NCBI GenBank assembly: GCA_964036045.1
Contig: OZ038378.1
Coordinates: 79,546,001-79,610,000, forward strand
DNA length: 64,000 bases
Source of the DNA: Eutreptiella sp. 'Long Island Sound 2002'
Lineage: Eukaryota > Protista > Euglenida
Direction: 5' to 3'
Positions 11,470-23,734 of this stretch are shown here, in pieces. The notes under the pieces are model-generated. The model worked only from the letters and a program-made list of their open reading frames with translations, had not been told where the DNA came from and searched no databases. Position numbers and translations under genes: made by a program. Numbering within the stretch: the stretch's first letter is position 1; each line of letters starts with the position of its first letter.

Positions 11470-11740
11470 TGCGGCCTTGTTGTTTTATATTCCACAAAAC
11501 TGTGGTGGAACAGGGCATTGGACTACCGCGTGGTCTCCAAGGGCACTTGACCTCATTTGGCTTCCATGCTTTCAGCCTATCTCCCATGGGGTAGCGGTGC
11601 AAGAGCGCCCGATGGATAAAGCCCTTGTGTCAGGCAAGAGGTTCCACCCAGGTGACAACTCCGTCCACACCCAGCAGCCGCTCCCACTCCCTATGTTGTC
11701 CCCCACCCCCCTCCCTCTCCTCCGCCACCACTTCGTTCAT
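11470..11740 (-). pseudogene. Possible LINE zf-RVT-like remnant flanking element A
   Basis: FIHRALLHRYPMGDRLKAWKPNEVKCPW resembles the non-LTR RT zinc-binding region; a LINE-like DVLWCTWNTR occurs on the other flank (~3950-3990, minus). Confidence 0.35.
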
Positions 11741-11759
11741 CCATGGGACCGAGTAGCAT

Positions 11760-12023
11760 GCTCAGGGTCTCATGCTCCTGAGCTATGAATGCAAGATGGC
11801 CAGCAAGTGGGCCAGACAGGGCAGTGGGCACCCCACCACTTAAACAAACTTCTCCTTTGGTGTTGGTGCCACACACAATTTTGGGATCACCCAATAGAAC
11901 CCGCACTAGCCGCTGAACAGCCTTCAACGGCCACCGCCGGGCCTTGGGGCACTGCAAATCGGTGTACCGCCGGAGGTTAGCTGAGTTCAGAGCCCTCAGG
12001 GCCTCGTTAATAGCATTATCCAT
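11760..12023 (-). pseudogene. N-terminus of the element B transposase, separated from its body (20700-22241) by an inversion
   Basis: MDNAINEALRALNSANL...VQRLVRVLLG aligns with the A transposase N-terminus MEAAVDTFEAHLQRLTL...LARVASALLG and lies directly downstream of a type-B array. Confidence 0.6.
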
Positions 12024-12087
12024 GAGGAATGAGAGGGCCTAGGCAGGAAATGAGGGAGGGTTTGGAAGCAAGGGCCTAAAAAAACAC

Positions 12088-12285
12088 ACGCGATAACCCA
12101 CGCGATAACCCCCGGGATAAATAGGTTATCACGCGATAACCCCCGCGATAACCCCCCGCGATAACTAGTCAGAACGAGATAACCCCCTGCGATAACTAGT
12201 TAGAGCACCCAGTTAGAGCGCGATAACTACCGCGATAACTAGTTAGAGCAGGGGTTAGTGCGCACTAACTTGAGGGGTTAGAGCA
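12088..12285. repeat. Type-B array: GCGATAAC repeats plus CTAGTTAGAGCA
   Basis: acgcgataacccccgcgataactagttagagca. Confidence 0.9.
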
Positions 12286-12293
12286 AGCATTGG

Positions 12294-12836
12294 TCACCCT
12301 AAAACCCATGGCCGCCAGCTGCTGCCGCCACGGAGGCGTGCACTGCAGCACCCCCCCCCTCGCACTGTAAAAAACACGCTCCATCGCTCGCCCTTCCATG
12401 GCAATGGAGCGTGTGGTGCCCTGGTGTTGAACAACAACGGGGCTTGGGGGGTGGCCTTGCATGCCCAACCCTCCACCGCCCTACCCTTGCACACACAGGT
12501 GTGCCGCTTTTTTTCCCTCAGGGAGGGATTCAGCAGGCCACCACTCTCCACCCAAAAATCACCCCCCGTGAAAGACCCCACACACACAATAAGCGCCATG
12601 GGCGCCCCATTACGCAAATGGGCGTGAAAGCCCATGGTGTCCGTCCCTTGGGGGCGAACAACTTGGATGCTACACCATGTGAACGATGGTGGAGCATTCC
12701 GGGTGCAATACTCATTCAAGTCTACAACCAAGGGGGTGAGGGCAGGCCTCAGGGTAGCAGCAGCCATGTGGGTCGCCCTAAAATTAGAGGGGTTGGGGTT
12801 TCCGCTTCCCACTAGGCCGAAGTGGCACATGTCCAC
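12294..12836 (-). pseudogene. TET/JBP- or AlkB-like 2OG-Fe(II) oxygenase domain, second oxygenase of element B; HxD reads HAH
   Basis: FTWCSIQV...MGFHAHLRN...LIVCVGSFTGGDFWVE...LFNTRAPHAPLPWKGERWSVFF has the DSBH strand pattern with distal H and terminal R. Confidence 0.55.
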
Positions 12837-12884
12837 TTGGGCCCCATATCGCTCCTCCCACGAAAAATGCCCTTAGGCAACCCC

Positions 12885-14132
12885 CTTAGCAAACCCAGGA
12901 GTCATTGACTCCCACTCCTACTCTCGCTGCCCTGACTCTGCACCCCTGGCGGCCCCAGCCCCTGCTGGGCGGTGAAGGAGGCACTGAGGGTGGAGGCGAG
13001 GGTGCGCACCTGCGCCTCAGCTACCCCCAGGCGCTGCTGGAGGTCATCCCCCCTGCTCCGCTGCGCCTCCACCTCCAGCCCTCAGGGCGGCCGCCTCCAC
13101 CTCCGCCTTCCGCCTCCCCTCCTTGGCCTCCCTCAGGGCCCCCCTCACCGTCTCCACCTCCTTCCCCCTCTTGGCGGCCAGGTCGAGGGCCTGGTCCAGG
13201 GCACGCTGGGTGTTGCCCTGGACCTTTTCGGCGTTCGCCAAGGCCGACTTGTGGTTGGCCGACCGACCCTTGGCCAGTGCGGCCTCAACCCCCGTGGCGG
13301 CCGCTTGCTCCACCAAAACCTTGCCAGCGTCCGTCACGTGGGTGGCCACACTGGCCCCAAGGCCTCCACATCCAGGGCATCAGGGGGGGGGCTGGGCCGC
13401 CACCTTCGCCACCTTCGACTCCTTGGGGGAGGGCTTGGGGGAGGGGGTGGGGCCCTTACCCCTATGGGGGGGCATCCGCCTCAACAACCACCACCTCAGG
13501 CCCCCGCTTCGTCTGCTTTCCCCGCCTTCCCCCCTTGGGAGCATACTGCCGAACCCATTCGGCAGTGGCATCCAACACATATGGGGGGGGGTCATACCCC
13601 CGAACCTGGTGGATGCCACCCCCCCCCTGTGCAGCTTCTGCCACACTTCCCTCCCAGTGTACTCCCCCGATGCTTCATCAATAGAGCAAACCCTCAACAA
13701 AAAATAATTTTTCCTTTGGGGGGGGTCACTCATCCCAAACAAACACAAAAAAGCCGCAACCGTTTCCCCCTCAGCGGCATTCGGCCATTTGGCCGTTTCC
13801 GCCCCAACCCACACAAAGGGGGGCAGGGCGAGGTTGGTCTTCCTCTCCACCCCCCCCTCCTTCTCGGTGATGGTGACCTTCTGGTACAATCCCGTCCCCC
13901 CCCTCCGGCAGGACTCATCCCAAGGCTCCCCCCACCGGCAGGCCGCCCCCTCCGCCAGCCTCCTCTCCACCTCCAGCTCCACACGGGGCGCCACCGGCTT
14001 GGCGGCCCGTGCCCCTGCTGCTTCTGCTGCTCTTGGTGCTGCTGCGGCGCCTGGGCTTCGTCCTTGACGAAGATACGTGGCAGCTGCAGGATGGTGGCTT
14101 GTGAAAAACAAAAAAAAAACAAAAAAAAACAC
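12885..14132 (-). pseudogene. Element B gene 2: unknown domain, linker and coiled coil (frameshifted)
   Basis: ORF 13380-14132, coiled-coil ORF 13044-13349, then AEAQVRTL (compare LEVQVRTL in A gene 2). Confidence 0.55.
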
Positions 14133-14305
14133 GCGATAACTACCGCGATAACTCGCGCGATAACCTAGTCAAAACGCGATAACCCCCGCGATAACCCCCG
14201 CGACAACTAGTTAGAACGCGATAACCTAGCGCGATAACTAGTTAGAGCACCTAGTTAGAATGCGATAACCTAGTGCGATAAACAGTTAGAGCAGGGGTTA
14301 GTGCA
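14132..14305. repeat. Type-B array
   Basis: GCGATAAC / CTAGTTAGA copies directly upstream of gene 2 (minus). Confidence 0.9.
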
Positions 14306-14323
14306 GGGTGTTGTGGGAAGTTT

Positions 14324-16439
14324 TCACACTTGGTGACATGGGCACATGCCTGTGCCCTCCTTCTTGGCATCGTCCAGCAACAAGTTCATCCTCCGCAGCC
14401 ACACGAAGTCCGTGACGGCGGCATACTCCCCCACTTGCCTCCACCTCACCACCTGGGCCACCCCCTCGACCTCAGGGGCCACCCTTGCCACTCCTCCATA
14501 CAACCCCTTCCTCACCAGCAAAATGCACCCCAGCGGCACCCTAATCCCAACATGCCCTTGCAGGGAGGGCCAGGGCAGTGGCTAACCATAGCACACCTTG
14601 GCCAAGGGGCACTGATCGGGGTGGGCTGCGACCCCACCCACCTCCTCATTAGTGAGGGGGGCAATCACCTCCCTCCCATTCGCCCACCCCAACAACAAAA
14701 AATGCCTGGTGCTTGTTCCCACTGGGAGCAAGCACTGAGCAGATGGCTCAATGCTGACCCCATTGGGGTCCTCAACCACCTCCTCCTCCTCCCCCCCCTC
14801 CACCTTCTTCCCCTCCTAGCATGGCACACAAAGGCCATCTTTGTGGGCGGCGCACAACCGCCCGCTCGCAGCCGTAGCACTTGGCTACGACTTTCCCCCT
14901 ACACCTAACCGCCCCCTCACACTGGACTGTCTTGGCCACCCGGCCACGAGGTGCCCCCAGCTGGGGCCGCTTGATGGACTGGGTCACGTGCGGCTTGGGG
15001 AATCGAAGATTCCCCCCTTGGGTTAGCTCAATGGCAAAAAATGCCATGAGGCGGGGGTGGGACACCCCTGTGGGGGAGGCCTTTGGAATGCCCGACCCCC
15101 GGTGGACATCAAGGGCATTAAAAAAAAAGGCAGTGCCCCTCTTGAATGGCAAAGCCCTCTCCACCCAAGGGTCACGGAACCCCGAACTACTAGAGGGCAC
15201 AAAAAGAAAATGTGACCCATCCTCATCCTCATGATTATGGGTTAGCATAATAAGGCAATTGACAATCAATGTGCCTTCAGGAATGGTGTAGGGGGGGGGG
15301 CGTCGCGATGGAGGTGCTAGGGGGTGTGGTCATAGCCCGAAATTTCGGCCATGTCAAGGATGGTGCACCTCCATCCGACACCCCCCATCACATTCTTCTT
15401 CGCCGTCTCCAGCACACGATCTGCCACCCTTTTGAGGACTCGCAGATCATGGAGGTTGTGGGGGTTGTGCTTGTGGTGGTTGGCAACCCCATAGTTGCCA
15501 TACAATGTGCGGCCGGTCCCACAATCTTGGGGCCTGCCGACAATGGGGGGGTTCTCATTGAAAATGGGTGCCTTCTCTGAGAGAGGCACCGTATCCAGAT
15601 CATCCAAAAGACTTTGCAGCTGCACATCACTCAAAAAAATCGTGCTCCAGGAGGTGGTTGACCACCAGCCTTCCCCCCACAATGAGCACAAGGTCATGGG
15701 GGTCCCTATTCAAGGCCCCCAAGGGCTCGGCGGCAACCACCTCCTCCGCCTCCCCAATAAGGGGGGGTGTTGCCCCAAAAGGAAAAAGAATCACCCCCTG
15801 CCCCGAATTAATGTTGGGAGTAGTGACACCTTACCACTCACGCTCCCACTCCCTTGTGGGGCAAAGGGAGTGCATGGGGAGCTTGTTTTCGGGCTCGTCA
15901 GTGCAGACCCGGCGGGTGTTGTGGGTGAGGGGGTGGGGAAACCATCCATCCGACTTCCCTTTCCCCTTACCCGGTCGGATGCTTACCTTGTACACACTAT
16001 TCATGAGGGGGTTGTGGGGCTTCTCCTTCCCCCTCCCAGCCCCCACCTCCTCCACCTTCTCCACTTCCTCCTCCACTTCCTCCGCTTCCTCCTGACCCAC
16101 ATTAAGGGTCGTCTTCGTCCCCGCACCCTTCTCGGCATGGGCGGTGAAGGACTCCAACACCGCGTCCACATCCTCGGGATGCAGCTGGATCAAGAATCCA
16201 GCAACCCCTTGATTTACCTGTAGCAACTCAAAGATGTAGTTGCTGAGAACCAGGGGGTCTCTCTTGTCGGCCATGAAAGGGGACTTATGGACAAGGAGTC
16301 CAAAGTCCACACCATGTTCAAAGCGAGTCGCCACGGGGCGCCTCACGTTTGCGTCACCAATCGTAAACCCCTCGACCGCCAAGGCGACGGACCCCAAGGA
16401 GCTTTTGATGGTGCTCGCAGCAAGCGTGGGCAGCCGCAA
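14324..16439 (-). pseudogene. Element B 2OG-Fe(II) dioxygenase with C-terminal Cys-rich domain, homologous to the A oxygenase
   Basis: P*HLHRD (TAG at 15317-15319 just before HxD), DVHRGSGIPKA, PRLMAF, then CEGAVRC...CYGC. Confidence 0.7.
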
Positions 16440-16502
16440 GGGCCATTACAAAGAATATGAAAGCTGTGAGAGCTAAAGCAAAGAGGGGAAACATAAAATG
16501 AA

Positions 16503-16612
16503 GCGCGATAACCTGAGCGATAACTAGTTATCACGCGATAACCCCCGCGATAACCCCCGCGATAACTAGTGCTCTAACCCCGTTCTAACCCCGATCTAAC
16601 TAGTTAGAGCAC
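16503..16612. repeat. Type-B array (subterminal)
   Basis: GCGATAAC repeats and the perfect palindrome CTAACTAGTTAG. Confidence 0.9.
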
Positions 16613-16787
16613 ACAAAGACCAAATAGCAAAAAGTGCAAAACGGGCAATATGGAGCAAACGAAACATGCAAGGCACATTGTTGCATCATAGTGCACCCAT
16701 GTAACATGTGAAATTCCGGGTTCCAACCATATTAGCAACACCCAAAATTGGGGGGGTTCCGCACCACGCCCTAGAGGATCGCATCCC

Positions 16788-17379
16788 AAAGGCCCGGTTG
16801 TGGGGCCCACCGTTGCAGCTGGTTGCACCGGTGATCAGGAACCATCAAGTGGGGGGCAGGCCATGGGTTGATGTGTGCACGGAGTGGTGGGAGGCGTTTG
16901 CGGCCATGGGCGAGGTGGCCTAGAAGGACGACTTTCTGAGTGGTGCATAGCAATGTGCCTTGCCGCCATGCCAACTGACCATGGGGGTAAGGCACCTTGA
17001 CCTAGGATGGGGGAAGACCTTGTGGACGCACATGTGGATGGACCACATGTATGCGTATGTTGCACGGTGGGGGACCATTGCAAAGTTTAGTTGCCTTGCA
17101 TTGGAGGACACCCATGTGCGACTGAAACGGGTGCTTAGGAATAGTGGGGGGGTCAGCTTGCTGAACGATGGGTCGGGCTTGCAGTGTGTGGTGGATAACC
17201 ACACGGTGGATGATAACCTTCGCAAGGAAGGTTGGAAGGTGGAGAGTAGGGCTGTGACCAAGCAAAGGGGGTTCCAACGACGGTGCACGACTTCCTCACG
17301 TGCCCGGAGGGAGAGTAAGGGGAGAGAGAACATGGTGAGGAGGATTGTGGAACATGCATTGCGACAAAGGGCCAAGTAA
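16788..17379 (+). pseudogene. C-terminal half of the element C transposase
   Basis: KARLWG...TLWTHMWMDH (H-x4-H)...FSCLALEDTHVRLKRVLRNS (E); continues the minus-strand half ending at 22624. Confidence 0.75.
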
Positions 17380-17414
17380 GTGCGTATGATGGAAGATTTG
17401 TGACGGTGTATGTT

Positions 17415-17580
17415 CAGTGAGCCCTGAGTGAGCCCCCAATTAGCTCTCACTGAGCGCACAGTGAGCGCTCAGTGAGCCATTTGGCGCGCTCAGTGAGGGC
17501 TAAGTGAGAGCTAAGTGAGCCGGCTCAGTGCCGGCTCAGTGACGGCTCAGTCGGGGTGCTGAGTCAACCGAGCCGCCCAA
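17415..17580. repeat. Type-C array: GCTCA(C/G)TGAGC with GCCATTTGGCGCGC
   Basis: ctcactgagcgcacagtgagcgctcagtgagccatttggcgcgc. Confidence 0.9.
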
Positions 17581-17775
17581 AAAAAGGGTCCCCCTGTCGA
17601 ATCCTCTTGGACTAGGGATTGGTATCCCTTTCAAGACATTCCAAAATCCCAACCCACCCCCGGAAGGCACAGCTTTTCACATGAGACCCCTTGAAAAGCA
17701 CCACTTAGCCCCAAATGAGGCGTTTTAGCCCCAACTGAGCCCCAACTTCACATTTCCAACTGAGCCGCAGGTACA

Positions 17776-18733
17776 GGGGCGAAGAGGGCCCGCCTGAGGT
17801 GGTAGCCAGCGACATCGATCTTGGCGTCTGCACTTTGGTTTGGAGCGGCCGGAACCTCCATGGACAGATCAGGTGGGTTGGTTGAGATTGCTGGACCAGG
17901 GGAACCCATCGGAACGTAGACCCAGTGGGCCGTTGTTTCCCACTTTGTCGGATGGGTCACATCCGGCACTATGTGCTCTAGGTGCGCCGCCGCCACTGCA
18001 ACCTTGGGCCCCTGGACGAACCAGACTTGGCCTTTGCAGACCTTGTACTTCAGCGGCAGATGTGCCGTGGTCGGTTCTTGACGGAAGCCCTCCTCTGCAA
18101 GAAACTGCATAGCAGCCGGTCCACAGGTTCAATGTCCAATTGGTTTTTGGAAATGTCATGCGTGCACCACCATTCGGTCGCCGGCCCATTACCATGGCCT
18201 ATGGTCACGAGTCTTTAAATCATGTCGGAATCGGCCCGACACGTCTTGATGACAACCGCAACCACCTTAGAACCCAACAGCCTGTGGGTTGTGTGAGCGA
18301 CCATTGTGAGCGACCTAGGGGTGAGAGGCAAACGGACACACGTGGCGTCGTACACCACTGCTACATGTACCACAGGGTCCTTCTCCGCAGCCATCAACAG
18401 GTTCTCAATCCGCATGGAGAGTTGTGGCCACTGGTTCAGATCCCCATGTTCCATTGTCATAACCTCATTTGGAAATCCTTTTGGGATCAACTCCAACAAC
18501 GGCTCCCCGAGGACCTCCATGGTCCGGACTACACCCGCCGGCCCCTCCGGCACGTCCTGCCTAGGCGCCTCGTTGTCGTCATCGGACGATGAGTCGTTGG
18601 CGTCCGAGGGGGGGGGGGGGGCAGGTTGATTGTGGTCCGCTTCCCCCCCTTTTGTCCTGCCTTCTTCGGCTTCCCCTTCTTGTGGGGCATCTAGAAGACT
18701 GTAAACCAAGAAGGGGAATAGGAAAAAGCGCAT
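17776..18733 (-). pseudogene. 5' half of the PhyH-fold gene of element E2
   Basis: Near-collinear homology with 36663-37565 (GDLNQWPQLS.RI.NLLMAAEKD; GYHL..ALF). Confidence 0.75.
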
Positions 18734-18734
18734 T

Positions 18735-19117
18735 TTGACGTGCGCTATTCTTGGTTTTGACGTGCGCTAAAACGGTTTTGTCTTAAGCAACATTGCACTA
18801 CAGTACAAGCCAAAACTAGTTTTGACGCCCGCTAAAACTGGTTTTGACGTGCGACAAACGAAGGCAAACGAAGCAAACAGCGCAGAAGACAAAAGTGGAG
18901 AGGGACCTAGGTTTGAACTAAGACGGCCCAACCTACTACTGGAAAAAGCATCGATTTAGCCTTCTTTCACATCAATTTGACATGGTTTTATCCTACCACC
19001 ACCAAAACACATGGAGGGACACGGCAAACATCGTTTAACCTTGTTTGACCTAGATTTGACCCGGTTTTAGCGTGTGTTAGCGAAACTTCATTTTCCCCAT
19101 TTGTCTTCGTAGTTACA
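18735..19117 (-). mobile_element. Terminal region of element E2 (terminus TGTAACTACGAAGAC at 19117) including type-E repeats
   Basis: Reverse complement is homologous to 36236-36620; contains TTTTGACGTGCGCTAAAA repeats. Confidence 0.7.
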
Positions 19118-20699
19118 GAGAGGTGGCACAATCCCGTTTTCGGGATGTTGAGGCCCATGCGTGGCCCGAGAAATTAGGGGACAGAAAGAGGAGGAGGGCA
19201 TATTGCTTCCACGCCTTTATTTGCTTGCCATGAATGAAGGTCGGGTAGCAAGCCGCCGTGGCCTCCGGCCAACGGGCCTTGGCCAAGGGGGAGTGTGCCA
19301 GCCACTCACCAAGGAGCTGGGTGACCAAAGGGTCCTGCAAACTCGTGGCGCCACTCAAATGCACAAGCGTCATACCAAGCTCGAGAAGAGTCTCCCGAGA
19401 GAAAGACATAACAAGAGCTACACAAGAGAAAAAAGGGTGGGGGGTGGGGATTCCACTCACTCACTCACTCACTCGACTCAACCCAACGGTAACGCAACCC
19501 GTCTACAACCCCATTGAGCACCATTATATCACACAAAACCCCACTACAGCCCTAGTACACACGTGCAACGAACCGCACAAACATGGAAAAATGCACCAAA
19601 TCTCGTTGAATACATTAATATTTGTTCGTTTAACCTTTAAAGCAGGAAATTTCAAATATTAAACAATATTGAATTTAACGTGGGTTCCTGGGGAAGGTGG
19701 GGGCCCAACTACCCGCCGGGCCCGGCCTGCCCTTCGACTGGTTCACCAGCGCCTAGAGTGGCACATAGGGGCCCACCGCACGCGCAACTTGCCAGCATGA
19801 CGGTGCTGGCAGAGCGCGCACCACACCGCTATGTGCAGTTGCACGAGCAGCAACTGATGTGCGGTAGTGGCCACCGAACGGCTCAACATGTGTGGGCATG
19901 CCCGGTGCAAACCCACGCATGGCGCCCGGCCAGGCAGCACCTCCACGCGCGGGTCATGGACGATCACCACACAGGTGCCGACTGCATATAGTCTCCCCCA
20001 ACCCAAGTGCCTTCAGTATCACATTTTGAGCTAGTACGTTCACACTGAGAGATAGTATGGAGGTATGTCAATAGACAAGAACACTGTAGTGGCGATCGTG
20101 CACCCATTCCCATTGCCATGAGATGGAGCAGCAGAGGTTGTAGCACAATCACCCATTGCCTTCTTGGCCGCACTCACTGGTCCGGCTTGCTGTGCTAGAC
20201 CATTGATACTGATCATCGGCACTTGTGCCTTTCATTACACGTCGCCACATACTGCCGCCCATGCCGTCAAACCCTTGTTGGTTCCTATGGGCGTCTGCGG
20301 GCTGAACCCCCCTCCCGCCGCTTGCACAAAGACGAGCTATGTGTCACCGATCAACCACAGCCGATGGTTTGGTAGATTCTTGCATTAGAAAGCGCTAATT
20401 CATCATGAGGCAGTCGTTGGATAATGGGGCTGGACAGCACTATGTGCCCTCCGCCGATCCCCTCAAAATCTCTCTCCTTCCCACGGGGACCCCATTTAGC
20501 TCAATTGACAATGCGAGGTCCGAGATGTGTCTATGCACTAGTGCAATGCACTAGTGGGGCCAGATGATGTCACACATATCCTGTGAGGTGAGGTGAGGTT
20601 GCCTAGAAAATATCCCGACCATAGTGAAGCTTTACTCTTCACAGCCTTTGATCTAGCTCCTGGGGCTCTTCATGTCCTAATCCATAATAGTTCCTGCTC

Positions 20700-22241
20700 A
20701 TGACCCTCTTGGACCTCGAACAGGTGACCCCCGATTCTGGCGTCATGTGCGAAGACAATTGTGCAACGTGGCATGCAGCATGCATCTTTCCCGGCGGGCC
20801 CTTTTGCGAATGCCCCGCCGTTGTACCCAAAGGGACCTAAGGACCGTTTGGCAACGGGTTATGCGCTACTTTCCCCAAGCAGCCATTGTAAAGTCTACCA
20901 CAGGCCGCAACAGGGCACGTGCCCATGTGCCTTTGCAGTCAATTGTGCAAAATGCAATATCTATGGCCCGAGTCATTGGGAAACCCCCCCCTAGTGGGGT
21001 TGCCATTGTTGTCATTTCAGTTGATGCGACTTCCTTGTGGAAGGCATCCTCTACCCGTGCGGATGTATGGGTTAATGCATGGGGGGGGGGGGCAAAGTAT
21101 GCTTCGAAGGTGAAGCTATGGGCCTCATGGTGTTGCATGGATGGCCGGGATGAACAGGCTTTTTTGAGAAGCCTCGACATGTCCGCCAACCTCAACCTCA
21201 AAATTGGGTGACATTCACGGTACCGTGAATCTCGGATTCAAACGGCCGGTTCACGAAGGGTACATCTCCGCCAACCTCAACCAAGAGGTGAGGGATGTGG
21301 AGGAGGACGCTGTCCTCTTTCAGAACCAATTTTTGACTTGCAGTGTCATTTCGACAGGGGATGGGAAGGGGATGCAAGCAATGGGGGGGGCTGGGTCTAA
21401 GTGTTGGTTGTGCAAAGACCCCAATGGTATTGTTGAGCAAATGGGGGTGGAGTCCACCTCAAGATGGGGGGCATTCTTGAGAAGTGTGACCCCTGATAGG
21501 CGGCTTGGGCACTACCATCATGCAGCATGCCGCATTCCAAACGGCATTGCAAAGCGCACTGCGACCACCCCTCAGGCCCTCCCCCCTGGTACCCCGGGTA
21601 AGGCCCAAGCTCTTGCATCTTTGCAGGCCTTCAAACAAGCCCTCAAGGATGAGACCTTAGGAATTCCTTTGAGGGAACGTCTCCCCTCGGCCTCAAGGGC
21701 CACAGAAAAAGATTTCGATGTTACAAGCACCAAAGTTTTCCTAACCTCCCCCCCCTTCCAAAGGCAATTTGTGGATTGCTTCAAAGAGCCCGTCCCCACA
21801 GTGAGGACCCCTGGTGGACCTCCGTTATGGGTTGTTGTGCATGTCATGGTAAAATGCATTGAGGGTTTGTATGAGCTTTGGAGGGTGAGGGAGATGTACA
21901 CTCTAACCCAAGTGGAACGCCACCGTGCGTTGACCACAAAATTTTCAAAAGCTTGGGGAGACTCAGGTTGGTCCCCCACCAGTTGGATCCATTGGTCCCT
22001 GGCACATTCCACTTTTTTTGCCGAGAAATGGAGGAGCATTTTTCAGCTTTCCTCCATCCCAATGGAGTATCGGCATGGGCCTTACAAGAGGAGGCTCAAA
22101 AATTGTTTTAAGGGTTGGTCCTTGGTGAGGCCAAGTATGTCCCTCCGCCACACGCACCATTGCATGTCCATGAACGCCCTGGAGAAAGGGCTTCTGGGAC
22201 TGGAGGCAGCCAAGGCCTCAGACACTGATGACTTTGTATGA
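20700..22241 (+). pseudogene. Body of the element B Transib/RAG1-like transposase, disrupted by an 85-bp insert
   Basis: ISVDATSLW (D1), STGDGK (D2), CWLC, HYHHAACR, SWIHWSLAH, SSIPMEYRH (E); closely related to the A transposase. Confidence 0.8.
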
Positions 22242-22312
22242 AAAAAGACCATACATGCTTTGTGCCAAGTGTTTTGTGTTGTTTGTCCTATTGAGGGATG
22301 GAGGAGGGGTGT

Positions 22313-22436
22313 GCGATAACTACCTGCGATAACTACGCGATAACTGAGTTATTGCGTGATAACTAGTGCTCCAACTAGTTAGAGCAAGGTGCTCTAACTG
22401 TGTTCTAACTCTGTTCTAACTGTGCTCTAACTCTTT
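22313..22436. repeat. Type-B array (subterminal)
   Basis: gcgataac, ctagttagagca and gtgctctaac copies. Confidence 0.9.
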
Positions 22437-22623
22437 GACCCCCCCCCCCCCCAAAGCCACCCCTACAATGAGGGTTATGTGGGGAAAGAAAGGGGATGGG
22501 GGTTTTTGAGGGTGCTGAATCCATTTTTTTAGGTAGTTTGCCCCAAAATTGAGGCTACGAGGGTGTTCCGGAAATTGCGTTCTAACTAGGGGTCCCGGAC
22601 CACGCCCTAGAACGCTGCATCCC

Positions 22624-23734
22624 ATTGACCAAGTGCGCAGCAGCCCCCTACTCAATGCGCACTTGTCCTTTGGCATTTGCCTTGTCCGCCCCCCACTTTG
22701 CAGGCCGCACCGTGCAGGCCACTTTCCGCGCCCCGTTTAGAACCCCCTGCACCATGGTGGCTGCACTCTTCCTAGATACTCGTCCATGGGTCTCGAGCAC
22801 CCGCACAATTTCATTGACCCCCGCAATGGCAACACACATGACTCCATGCGCACCGAAGTCAGGAACACGGCGGTCCGCCGGGATGTCACTAAACAACCCG
22901 GTCAGACGTACATGGCCCTTGATTGTTTCCAAGGGAAACCTCTTGTCCCCCGAACTTGCGCAAAACTGTTTCACGGTTTGCGCCGCAGCAGTGGCACACC
23001 ATGGCCCCGAGGCTCATCTTGGTGAAGCCGTCCCCGCCAGCTAGCATGATCTGGGCCTTGCCATCGGCCCGGACTAACAATAGGGGGCTGCGCGTCACCC
23101 CATCCTCATGCGGCAGCTGCAGGGCCGTACCAGCGCGGAGCTGAGTATCGAAGTCACACTCCCATTGCATGCTATACACCGTGGCCCACATCTTGCTACC
23201 CCCGAACAACCACCAGCTGGCAAGCTGTGTGGGCCCACAAGCCGGTGCAATCACTTCATAGTGCACGTAGGCCCGATTCCACCGTTTGGTGCCGTCAATA
23301 CCAATGGTCACCCAGGTGTTGCGCTGCGCTCCAGGTTGCCAGGCTTCCGGTGTGCGTACGGCTCGCGCTTCATACAGCAGGGCTAGCCGCTCAGCAATAT
23401 TGCAGTACGCTCCTTGCATTTCATACTCCCCCTCAAGGATACAAACCCGCTGGCTAGCAGGTTGGCTGAGGGGCTTCAGCCACGGGGCCACGTTGGCCCG
23501 GCTAACGGTGCTGTCCAGGTCGGGCAGCAGGTAGGCCATGTCGCGGCGCGACAGCTGTGAACTACGCATCCCCCACAACACGCGCAAGGCCTCCGACTTT
23601 TTGCTGGGATTGGTGTCCGTGGGCCGGCTATAGTCCTCAAGGACTAGCACAATGCTACCATCGGGTTGGAGCTCGGCCCGATATTCTTCACATAGGGAGA
23701 TGCTGAATGTTCCATGCTCCATGCAGATGCTCAA
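22624..23734 (-). pseudogene. N-terminal half of the element C transposase
   Basis: TIGIDGT (D1), VRADGK (D2), CHCC, PDFGAHG, GQVRIE*GAAAHLV ending at the B terminus. Confidence 0.75.

Larger units (their letters stand above)
11760..22623. mobile_element. Element B (two pieces, ~11760-16787 and ~20700-22623), inserted in the element C transposase and later split by inversion
   Basis: Two termini CCACGCCCTAG-N-GCATCCC at 16764-16787 and 22600-22623, each preceded by a type-B array. The C transposase halves resume right after each terminus. Confidence 0.7.
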
